Source: Squalus acanthias
Lineage: Eukaryota
Direction: 5' to 3'
Length of the DNA stretch: 64,000 nucleotides
NCBI GenBank assembly: GCA_030390025.1
Contig: CM059432.1
Coordinates: forward strand, 130,264,001 to 130,328,000
The notes under the pieces were generated by a model, which saw only the letters and a list, made by a program, of their open reading frames with translations, was not told the origin of the DNA and did not search any database. A program made the position numbers and the translations under genes. Below are positions 51,787 to 62,195 of this stretch, one piece after another; position 1 is the first letter of the stretch; the number at the start of each line of letters is the position of its first letter.

Positions 51787-53711
51787 ATATAACATATTTA
51801 GGTACAACTCAAGTATCTTTTGTGATGTTTCACAACAATAAAAAATAACGTCAAGATATGTTTAGTTTGCCGAAGGTTTAGAGTGGTCATCGAGTAACGA
51901 GTGCATGGATAACATCAGTGCTTTTTAAATGTACATTTTTTAATATATGTGTTTTGTGATTGTACTGACATACTTGCATTTAAAGATCTACTTTGAAGTC
52001 CTGCAAGGAAAATGGGGAGGTGGCAAAGTCAGGTGTTCATGGCATCTGCATCACATTTTGAAATGGTCAGCAACATCAAAGGGGGCGATAGACAATGCAA
52101 TATTTTGGCTGTTTTCACAAATATGAGCTTCATTTATATGATGTTTGCACTTTTAGAATTAATTAAAATATATTTACTGTTAAATGGAAAAATATAGACC
52201 TGTTTCACTTACACCGCTAAGACTGACTGTATCTCAGAGTGGCAGCACTGACCATGATATATCTCAAAGCCTGAAAGCAGGATTTGTCTGTCTTGTAGAT
52301 CAGAAAAGGCTAGTAAAGTTCAGGGCTTTTAAACCTGACTCTTGCAAACCTCCGCATTCTGGTACCCCACCTTCATACTGCAAATAACTGATGACTGGGA
52401 GTGTGTTACAAGGCTATGCCACACTTGTTCAAGAAGTTCAAACCCTGAGAGTATATTAAGCCCTTGAACACATCCCCTAAACAATTTTTACTCTTTGCAT
52501 ATACACACACAAGCTATCCTTTTTTTCCCATTGGTGATATTACCATCTGAGGTTTACCAATTGCCAATTATTCCCAAATCACTGTTAGTCATCTTGGGCA
52601 ACAAGATTGTTTCTGTTATGTGACGGGAAGGGGGTTACAAGATTATGATACTAGCTACAATAGCATGGGCTGATAAGAGAATGCTATACTGAAAAATAAT
52701 GCACTCTTTTACTGGGTTATAATAGTCTTGTATACATTATGCAATAGTTAACCAAGACAGCTGCATAATCAATGGGGCCAGACGACATCACAAAGCCAAA
52801 AGGCACAGCTCAAGTGCTATACAATGTCATCTGATCCCTGGGCTTTTGTGTAGCTACCTTGAACTGACTCACTGCCACTTATTGAACTATGTTTACACAA
52901 TATAGTAATGGCTGCTGTATAGTGCATGGCTAAAAAGCATCCACAGGGTGGTACAGGCTACCACTTCATATTACCAAGTTATATTATTCACGGTGGTTGG
53001 GCAACGTGTTGTGGTTCATGTTACCAGATAGCCATGGGTTTGAATAGCAAGGGCTGCCGTACATCACTCTGGTTCAGTGCTGCACTTGTTAGCTGCTCCA
53101 TCGGTTTCAGCACTGCCAGTGTGCAATTAGAGAGCTCTATCACTGGGAATGGATGGCCTCTACGGTTTACAAAAATGACACAGCTTCTCTAGGGCTGTTC
53201 CAAGATCACCTCAATAGCCAGACATGCAGAAGGCCCATCTGCAAAGAGCCTAAACAGAGGAGGAAATTTTTTTTTTTATAAAACCGATTATGTAGAAATT
53301 AACAAAATTCATAACATATTCAATGTTACACAAATATAATAAGTTAAAGTGGCTGCATTGGTTTCCTTTTAAATAAATCTGTAAATGAATAAATAGGTTA
53401 GGGATTACGGTGAGGATGATATGGCAAACTTCAACATATAACTGCACCACAAACTGAGGATTCTAACTGTGTGATCTGAACTGGTCTTAAATTGGGGTCA
53501 AAGTGAATGCTTCATGTTGTGGAAAATTCTACTATATAGTCGCAAAGAGTTAAATGCCCGTTTCAGACCTGTGTAAGTTTACATGTGTAAGTGTGTACAA
53601 AAGATCCTGAATGAGAAAGGATGGGTGGGGATGGGCAACTTGGCTTTCTGTCTTTCTTCCAGTCGTTAAGTCTGTTTAAAAGAACAAGTTTCTCCTCCGT
53701 TCTTTGGACCG

Positions 53712-54180
53712 TCAACAGAAGAAGGAGCCGCCTCCCTGCTGGTCGCCCTCCAACTCGGGGACTGTCTGGTCAGAGTTGTGGCAGTCCGGGTCGGCGTGGA
53801 GCTGCTGAGAGACGGCTCGGAACCAGGGGTGCAGGAGAATCTCGCCGGCCGTCAGTCTCTCCGGGGGGTCCCGCCTCAGCAGGCTGCGGACCAGGCACTT
53901 GGCTTTGGGCGAGACGCTGTCCGGGATGCAGAAGTGCCCGCGGCGGATTTTACTGAACAGGGCGCTGGGGTCGGAATCGTGGAAAGGGTAGCGTCCCACC
54001 AGCAGGGTGTACAGCAGCACTCCCAGGCTCCAGACGTCGGCCGCTTTCCCGGAATAACAGCCAGTCGTGTTCAGTATCTCCGGGCTGACGTAAGCCGGAC
54101 ATCCGTGCTTATCGGACAGGGAATCGTCCTTTCCCTTCAGGATGTGAGCGTCCTCCAAGCTCTCCAGCCTCAGCCTCCTC
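53712..54180 (-). CDS. TRIB1: Tribbles homolog 1, coding exon 3 (C-lobe, MEK-binding and COP1-binding motifs)
   Basis: Acceptor ttcccacag|G at 54180. Contains SLE in place of [48 protein letters not shown] and a terminal SFFC; stop TGA 53714-53712. The three exons total 1053 nt = 350 aa. NTTG, ILLHPWF, DQxVPE and SFFC are TRIB1-type rather than TRIB2/3-type. Confidence 0.95.
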
Positions 54181-54763
54181 CTGTGGGAATCGCACAGAAA
54201 TGATTAGACGCTGACCGCGAAGGACACTTTGCAAAGCCCCAGGAGGGCGGAACCCTGTTCTTTAGGGAAACTGAAGCCAAACTAGCCCCCACTTCCTACA
54301 CGCGGTCCCCCAAAATACAGCTTGCTCAGCGTAACGACCGAAATCGTGTACAAAATCCCCTAAAATAGTCCAGTCATATCCATGCATCTGACTGAGTGCA
54401 CCCTCGGCACAGGTTCTCCTGTCAACTGAAAAGCAGCCGAAACTACACCTTTCAACATTTGATCAATATTAGTGCTGTCCCAATTGTAACTGCCTTTTAA
54501 GTTCGTTCGTTTGAAGCTTTTAAAGACAGCATTTTATAGACTGTTCACTGCAATGAAAGGAAGTCTATTTGCAACCAAGTTATTTGAGATAAAAACCATA
54601 TATATATTTAATAAAAAAGTCCGATCAGTTTGATCCTATATTTAGTATTTATGTGCTGTACTTTGAAGAGGACAAATCGATTCAATGATTGCGGGGACGT
54701 GTCCTATATCTGAACCCTTCATCCATGTAAAGGGCAAAACCCTCAGCTCTACTGTTTTGTAAA

Positions 54764-54779
54764 TGGAAAACATGACTCA
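54764..54779 (+). promoter_or_regulatory. NFAT:AP-1 composite site in TRIB1 intron 2
   Basis: TGGAAAA-CA-TGACTCA: NFAT core plus a perfect AP-1 heptamer at the canonical 2-nt spacing. Confidence 0.4.
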
Positions 54780-56601
54780 TGCAGCCTGCTGTGTGTGTGT
54801 GTATTATGGTCCCTTACGACACTGAATCAATCAACACCTGCTTTGACACAGAGTACCTTAAATTGCAACACCGCCCCGTGTTGCCAAATCTGTAGCTCAC
54901 CAAGAGAAAAAGTCTGTCCAACGCCTGCTGCAGAAATCAGCACAGGCGAGCAGAACTTCAATTTCACTTCCAACGCACATCTTTCTAATTAACGTGTTAT
55001 ATAAATAATATGACTCCCTTGCCTCCTGTTGCACAAATCTCCTCATATTTTGAATTAAGTACAGCACAGAAAAAGGCCATTCGGCCCAACCAGTTCATGC
55101 TCCACTCGCGCCTCCTCCCACCCGACTTTATCTAACCCTATCAGCATAACCTTCTATTCCTTTCTCCCTCATGTGTTTATCTAGCTTCCCCTTAAATGCA
55201 CCTATGCTATTCACCTCAACTACTCCCTGTGGTAGCGAGTTCCACATTCTCACCATGTCTGTGCAAGTATCACACTAAAATAGAATTACATTTTGGAAGT
55301 CACTTTTCCAGCTCGCCTCGTACAATAATTACATTGCATGCCAATTCATCCTGTTAGTCTGACAAGGCTTCGTTTGCATAATAGAAAACTACAGTTAATA
55401 TTGGGGTTAAACGAGGCCTTTTGTTTTGCAGTAAGGCTATATTTACAGATTGCACCGCGTGCAAAATAGCAAGAACTGTCGCTCTCTCATTCGAAAATGT
55501 TGCAGCAGTCGGTCGAGAGACCGCGAGAGCAAGATGTACTGAAGTGGGGACTAACAATCAGAGCTTTCAGAACAGCGCAGTTGCTGAAAATGTAGACAAC
55601 GGTTCACTTAAAATGTCTGCTGCAACCCCGTGCTTAAACAGCCATCAAACCTGCGTGCACCGTTAACTACAATTTTAAAAGTTTAATATTTCTATTAATA
55701 ATTTACTCATCTAAAAAGACTGTAGATAATGGTATTTCAGTAAACCTGTACTTGCCCAACTCTAGTCTATAAATGTTTGATAACCTTGTGCAATACGTTT
55801 TATTCATCTGTAATAAACACTAGTTTTGAAACATTTACAGACAGGTTAATCCACTATCTGAGATTTTTCTGCACCAAGTACAGTATCATTTTCATTCTAT
55901 AAAAAGGATCATTTAATGAATAAATCAATAAATCATTACAAGGTGACAAAGTTTCGTAGTTAAGTGCCCGAGGACGCAGTTATAATCCTCGGTGTGTATA
56001 AAATACATTCACATACATATTTTGCATTGAATACTTAATGAAGTTGTACTATTTTGCAAGATTTAATATCACCAAAAAGGGACAGCAAGGCATTGTCTAA
56101 ATAGTTTGACAGATTCATTAATGCATTTGCAGCTTTATTTAACGGCTAATTATCATTCCAGAATTTAAATTTCTTATTAAACAGATGGTCCTATTTACAG
56201 CAGTGTTTTCATTGTGTTTTTTAAATAATTCTCCTTGAGAGTGTTGCTTTTTATAAAACACCGAATCTTATTTGCGCTTGGGATATGTAAAATAATATTA
56301 CTGAACTTTGCCAATTACTTTGTCACTCAAGTTTAGTATATTTACGAAGTGTACAAATATGCCATTAAAATCTTTTAAATCGGAAACCGGACTAACCCGT
56401 CCCATGTAACCATACGGATTACATTACGGATATAGCATAGTCCATTAAAAAAACACACACATTCAGCCTTACTGAGGCAGTCACAGTAAGTGCAACCTTA
56501 GAATCAATTCATATTTGTTTACTGGGCATCAAAGGATTGGCCGCTTTAATCCATTTTAAATTGGTTACTCACTGAGCGCACTGCCCTTTCTATAAACCCA
56601 C

Positions 56602-56894
56602 CTCTGCTCATCAGCGAAGACGAATTTCCTGAGTTTGAGGTCTCGAAGGACGATTCCCGAGTCGTGGCAATGGGCCACGGCCGAGGCGATCTGCTGGAAG
56701 AGCCGCGCCGCCTCCTCCTCGCCCAGCCGTTTGCAGCTCCGCATGTACAAGTGCATGTCGCCGTGGCCCTTCGCCAGGAACACATAGCACCTCTGCTCCC
56801 CCAGGATTATCTCTTCAATCGCCGTGATATTCTCATGGGCTGGGATTTGCAAATATGGTGCGATTTCATCCCGGTAATGCTTGATGTCAAAAAC
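56602..56894 (-). CDS. TRIB1: Tribbles homolog 1, coding exon 2 (293 nt)
   Basis: Acceptor ctctgccccag|GTT at 56894 and donor AG|GTGGGT at 56602. Encodes VFDIKHY...[22 protein letters not shown]...[11 protein letters not shown] (Tribbles catalytic loop). Its phase-2 end joins exon 3 in frame. Confidence 0.95.
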
Positions 56895-57516
56895 CTGGGG
56901 CAGAGAAACACACACACACAAAAAAAGTCAAACAACTCTTGTTGCTCCCGACTGTTCATCAGCATCCAACAAGTTTTTATTTAAAAATGCAAACTTGCTG
57001 ACTCCGAATCTCAAGCAGTTCAGTTCAGAAATAAAACACAAAAAAATGCATAAAAACGAGTAACATTTGCAAAGGGAGCCGGTCAGTCAAACTCAACAGC
57101 GGCTACGGTGCAAAAAAAAAAATCCCAATCTAATAAACCATCACTATTTTAGGAAATCTCCCAGTTCGCGTTGAGAAGTAAGCTGCAGAGTTTCCCGGCC
57201 GCACACGGTGAGCTCTAGGTGGCAGCAGCGGACTGACTGACTGCTCACAACATGCTCAATCTGACGGCTGTGGTGAACTGAACTGCATCTGTAGAGAAAT
57301 CAAAACCCCACAAGTTGCACACAAACCCTTTTAACACAGTCCCCGGGGTCACTTACAAACAAAGCCATTGCAAGGCTCGCGTCGCTGTGGAAAATGCATT
57401 TAACTGGTGGAGAAATATTAATAGAGTGCCTTGAAAATGCACCCCCACCCCTTGAAATACAAGAGCTATAATAACACTTGTTATTTTTTTTAGCTGGTGG
57501 GGGTAATTTTCCGTAC

Positions 57517-57807
57517 CTTGCACACGAATTCCTCCCCCGTCTGGCTACCGATTGCCCTGAAGACGCTGTCCCTCTGCAGGTTTTGCAGGAGGATGTAGTT
57601 GCCGATCCGAGCCGATGCTTGCGAGCTGCAGGGGCTGCTGTCGCTCGGGCTGGGGGGTCCCGGGGAGGGGAGGTAAGCGCTGTCCGGGGGAGAGTCACTC
57701 AGCCGCGGGCACTTGGTCGCCGGCTCGTCGGCCTCCACCCGCTTCTGTCTCCATCGGCCGTTTCGGAGGATTGGGATGGGGCTCGCTCCCTGTACGTTTA
57801 AACTCAT
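57517..57807 (-). CDS. TRIB1: Tribbles homolog 1 pseudokinase, coding exon 1 (97 codons)
   Basis: ATG at 57807-57805. Encodes MSLNVQG...KRVEADEPATKCPRLSDSPP...RIGNYILL...GEEFVCK, then donor AAG|GTACGG at 57517/57516. KCPRLS and RI.xYxLL match the vertebrate TRIB1 N-terminal PEST region. Confidence 0.93.
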
Positions 57808-57986
57808 TAAAAGCGGCTCGGTGTGTGAAATGAGAAAGCAGGATCACGGGGTGTTCGACAAAAGCTGGCAGGAGGAGGGGGGCGGCAAGTTTTTTTTTCC
57901 CCTCCCCTGGGGCTCGAGTCAAGACTGCAAAGGCACTTTGAGATATCCAGGGCGTTCGGTCCTTCTTGTAGAAATGCTCCTTTCAT
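57807..57986 (-). other. 59-aa upstream ORF whose TAA stop overlaps the TRIB1 ATG (TAATG)
   Basis: ATG at 57986-57984, frame MKGAFLQEGP...HTPSRF*, stop at 57809-57807 shares its last A with the main ATG. Assumes the leader is unspliced. Confidence 0.55.
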
Positions 57987-58449
57987 TCCTCGGTGGATCA
58001 CAGTGGCGAGCTCCTCTTCCCCCAAGTGGGTGTTGTAACAAAGAGCGATTTCAAGGGGAACAGCGATCCGAAAGTGGCTGATCCACGAATCAGTTTGCAC
58101 AACTCGTGCACATCCGCCTCTACACAACTGCACGAAAGCCCCACTGTCCTTTCGGGAGATGGGCACCGGCAGCGGGGGATGCAATGTGGTTTTTTTTTTA
58201 AACAGCGCCGAGCGATGGTGCTTCGTTCCACAGAAGTAAGGTCGCGGCTCCTGCAAAAGATCCCAACTTGTGTGCAGGTGTTCACGGGCGCGCTGCGGTA
58301 AAAGAACCGATCCAGGCGATGGACCGCATTGCAAACTTTAGCCGTCTCTGGGCTTGCAATCGGCTCTCGGTGAAGCTTGAGTGGCAGTTGTCCTGTTTGG
58401 TAAAAAAGTTGCAGTAATTGGGAGAGAGAGAGTGTGTGTGTGTGTGCCT

Positions 58450-59100
58450 CTCTCTCTGTGGAATGCAGGCTGGGTTACAGTGTGTCTGAATATAACAGTC
58501 TGAGAGATTGCAACATCACCCACTGAATGAGAGTCACCCTTTGCAAGAGAGCAGCAAGAACACAATAGTTTCGCTGCCTTTATTGCACCGAGAGCTCGCC
58601 TGCCAATTTACGCAATCTGGCACCGCCCGCAGCAGATTGCCTGTGAAAGCAGATTGTCGAACCTGCATTATCGATTGTGTATTCTCATTGCCCCTCCAAT
58701 AAAAAAAAACAGAACACATTTCAAAATAAAACAAACCGCTGCAGTGTTTTCTTTTTCCTAAACGAAAGGCGAGTCTAATTTAAGAAATTCACAACTCAAC
58801 CAAAAATGGATCAATTTAGTACCGAGTTGGTTAGAAATAAGAGGTACCAAAATAGTGATGATTAAGGGAAGCATGTTAAGGTCATAAGTAATACTGAAGT
58901 AATTTGTAAGTATGCATTTAATCAGATTTTTTGTTCGCTTCGCAGATGCACCTTTAACCTTACATATATTACGGTAAATTAATTCGATCCTTTCTAAACA
59001 CAATTCATGACCATCACATGGCCTGTCTTGAATGACGCAAGGTTCCAGTCTAGGCAACTCTCTTGACGTAGGGCCACGTTAAATGTCACTCAATCAGCAC
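58450..59100 (-). promoter_or_regulatory. Probable TRIB1 proximal promoter with bZIP sites
   Basis: TE-free region upstream of the leader. Plus-strand motifs: CCAAT 58603-58607, TTACGCAAT (C/EBP) 58608-58616, TGACGCAA (C/EBP-CRE hybrid) 59033-59040, TGACGTA (CRE-like) 59064-59070. The TSS cannot be fixed from sequence. Confidence 0.4.
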
Positions 59101-60439
59101 CTCCACCAGGTCACTTCAGCGGGCAAATGCACTTCTCTCAGATGTGAATTGCGGTTGAGCGGCAACAATTCTAAGTCAGCAAAATCGGTTTTACCCAGGA
59201 GAAAGCAAAACAGACTAATGTATAATCTGATGTATTTACTTACATTTGAAGTAATTTAAAGCCTTTAATTATTGTGGGGCTATTTTAATCAACTTGCATT
59301 TATTATCACACAAAATTTGACGCCGAGCCACATAAGGAGATATTAGGACAGGTGACCAAAAGCTTGGTCAAAGAGGGTTTAAGGAGGGTCCTAAAGGAGG
59401 AGAGGCAGGGAGGTTCAGGGAGTGAATTCCACAGCTTAGGACCTATATAGCTGAATGTGATATTATACACTTAAAACAACAAAGTGCATTTATATAGTGT
59501 CTTTAACAAACTAAAACGTCCCAAGGTGCTTTACAGGAGCATAGACAAAAATTGAAAATAGTGAAATTTATACACTGGCATTTAAAAAAAATTAGAAATT
59601 GTTTTTAAAGAAATGTAAAGATACTATAAAATAATTTGTAAAGCAAGTATTGCACCTGAGTAATATAAAATAACCACATAAACCTATCACGTAAATTGCA
59701 TCATTAACCATATGGTCATATATACTTGAATAACTGAAGACCTTCCTCTATATACAGACAAGCTCTTAAAAATGACATGTGTGAAGTACCCAAGGGCTAG
59801 AACCCCAGCAAGAATGCAGCCCTTTCCAGAGAGGATGGGTGAAAATTTTGGGGAAAATGGTCTACATTCTAGTTATTACAATATTTGAATGGACCTACCT
59901 ACAGATTTTCTTCCTGCCAGTTGATTGTATGATTAAATGCATCACCATGCTATTTCTTGACGGGTAATTTCTGTCCCTGTAAAATAGATGCCTAGATATA
60001 ATCACATTCTTTCTTCTGTCAAGCGGTACAGCATTCTACAACCATTGATGTAGTTGAACCGGTTTCATTTTGGTTTGTGAAAGGCAGTAAATAACAGGAT
60101 GGCGAGCGTCTGTGCTAAGTGGAACTCAGCAAGTACCTTTGGTAAGAATGTAGATTATGGCATAAACATTAGTGATAGTCTAATGATAGCCATACCTACT
60201 GATTAGAGCTCGCTGGGTCATCTAGGCAAGGTCAAAGTCGGAAACTTCAAGGCCCAAGAAACAATTGCCTGGAATTTTCATGGGGGTTCTCCAGTGGGTG
60301 ATCAGTAGAACCCCTGGAGAAAAGACATAAATAACTAAAAATATCATTGCTCTTGCTTGTTTCTACTCCTCCCTGTCCAAACATAGCCAGAATATGTTGT
60401 GCCATGCTTCTCCCTCCACCCCCCCCCACCCAACAAGGT

Positions 60440-61003
60440 CACCTTAGGAGTACTATAAAGCTCTATCTTTGGCTCCCTCTATCCTACGTGTTGCCCCTCA
60501 GTGACTTTATCCATAGGCATCAGGTCAGCTTCTTCATGCATGCTGATAATTCCCAGATTTACCTCTCCATCGCCACCTTTTACCCCATAGCCACCACTGT
60601 GTTGTCTGACTGTCAAGTCACGGATAAGCCACAATTTTCTCCATCCTAACACTAACGTGACCAAAGCCATATTTTTTGGGTCCTGCCAACCTCACACCTT
60701 TGCCCTTGATTCCACCCCCCCTCCTCAGCTGCTAGTTCAGACTGAACACAATGCTACACAACCTTGGTGTCTAGTTTGATCCTGATCTGAACATTAAACC
60801 TCATATCCTATCCATCACCAGACCACCTAGTTCCATCTCTGCCTTTACTTCACCTTCACGGCTGCTGAAATCCTCGTGCACATATTTGTTATTCACACTC
60901 AACTTCTCCAACGTTCTCCTCACCAACTCCTGAGCAATACCCTACAGAAATTCCAACTCTTCCAAAATTCCACCACCCAAAAGCTGTCCTGCTTTAAGTT
61001 CCA
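60440..61003 (+). mobile_element. Old L2 RT relic
   Basis: ORF 60347-60649 ...LPLSDFIHRHQVSFFMHADNSQIYLS (cf. L2 FHxYADDTQLY). Confidence 0.7.
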
Positions 61004-61871
61004 TGTAGCCAGCTAAAGGGCGCAGAGAGGCAGAAAACCTGAAAGTGACACATAGAACATTAAAAAGAGAGAAAGTGTAGGTGGTTTGCCTTGGTGGTTC
61101 GAATCACCCTTCCTACTTAGTTCTATACAACAGGAATTACGGTGAACAGAATTGGAACACAGACAAGCTTTTCAGACTCAACCGTACGGTGTTTAATAAG
61201 GTTAACACACACACCCGCCTCCAGTACATAAAATGCCTGGTGGCGTAAAACAAACAGTAAAATACAACTTGGCCCGTCGAACAGGCCCCTGTCCTCGTAT
61301 TAAGACACCTAAAATCACACTGTGTTGCTATACAGAGTATAACATGGACTTATCCCACAAACCCTGGAACATACACTATATAATACACACAGAACCTCCC
61401 CACTAAGCCCCTCTGGCTTGGTTGGGACACACAACACCCCCTCACACAGTACCGGTGGTCTTAAGGATGCGTGGGCTTGGACAATGCTCACCCCGATTGT
61501 CCGGTTTCTTGCTCGCTGCTTCCCTGTGTAGAGCGTGTCTCCTGGTTCCGTATCGCCGATGCAGTATCCAAGTCCCAGTTTCGAGGTTCGTTCCTACAGT
61601 CGAAGAGCAAGGCAAGGCTCTTGTCGCTCGTGGTGGTTTAGAGCAAGCGAGAGAGAGAGAGAATGCCCAAAGTTGCCTTCTCTGTATACCCTAAAAGTTA
61701 ATTCCAGTCTGTGTACTGCAGTGATGTCTTTTAAATCACCCTTCTTTGTCTGGTTCCCGCCTTTTCGAGTCTGGGCCTTCCCCCAACTCTTGTATTCCAA
61801 TACACACCCAGTAATCCAAACCACAGGACATGTACAGGGCTGGGGGATGGAAGACAATTCCTTATCTTGTC

Positions 61872-62008
61872 ACAATAGCAAAATACTGCGGCTGCTGGAA
61901 AACTGAAATAACAACAGAAAACGCTGGAAAAATTCAGCAGGCCAGGCAACATCCGTGGAGAGAGAAACAGAGTTAACGTTTCAGGTCAAAGACCCTTCAT
62001 CAGAACTC
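61872..62008 (-). mobile_element. Penelope-like terminal fragment carrying a hammerhead
   Basis: Reverse complement of the family at 6735-6880 and 810-945 (acagaaaa.gctggaaa...cagcagg.caggca.catc.gtggagagagaaacagagttaacgtttc). Confidence 0.6.
61970..62008 (-). ncRNA. Minimal type I hammerhead ribozyme, second Penelope-like family
   Basis: Minus strand reads GAGUU CUGAUGA A GGGUC UUU GACCU GAAA CGU U AACUC: stem I GAGUU/AACUC, stem II with one G.U pair, palindromic ACGU, and a GUU cleavage triplet. Confidence 0.7.
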
Positions 62009-62050
62009 CTTCTCTGTCTCCCCCTCCCTGTGGTACATATTTGATGTGAT

Positions 62051-62195
62051 GCGGAGATGCCGGTGTTGGACTGGGGTGGACAAAAATGAGAAGTCGCACA
62101 ACACCAGGTTATAGTCCAACAGTTTTATTTGAAATTACGAGCTTTCGGAGCGCTGCTCCTTCGTCAGGTAAAGTGTCAGGTGTTGTGCGACTTCT
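62051..62195 (-). mobile_element. Short Penelope-like insertion with internal inverted repeat and 15-bp TSD
   Basis: Flanked by catatttgatgtgat at 62036-62050 and 62196-62210. Contains atgagaagtcgcacaacacc and its inverse ggtgttgtgcgacttctcat, plus the hammerhead. A second, truncated copy lies at ~48405-48485. Confidence 0.7.
62135..62171 (-). ncRNA. Minimal type I hammerhead ribozyme (Penelope-like element type), intact core
   Basis: Minus strand reads UUAC CUGACGA A GGAGC AGC GCUCC GAAA GCU C GUAA: stem I UUAC/GUAA, core CUGANGA, 5-bp stem II, GAAA, palindromic AGCU in place of stem III, and a CUC cleavage triplet. Confidence 0.75.

Larger units (their letters stand above)
51155..53711 (-). 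other. TRIB1: Probable TRIB1 3' UTR (~2.5 kb)
   Basis: AT-rich stretch with no recognisable TE, from the stop codon to an AATAAA on the minus strand (plus tttatt 51172-51177). The end position is inferred. Confidence 0.55.

Noticed and set aside
53712..57807. Assignment to TRIB2 or TRIB3
   Set aside because: [31 protein letters not shown] and SDQxVPE...SFFC all match TRIB1.
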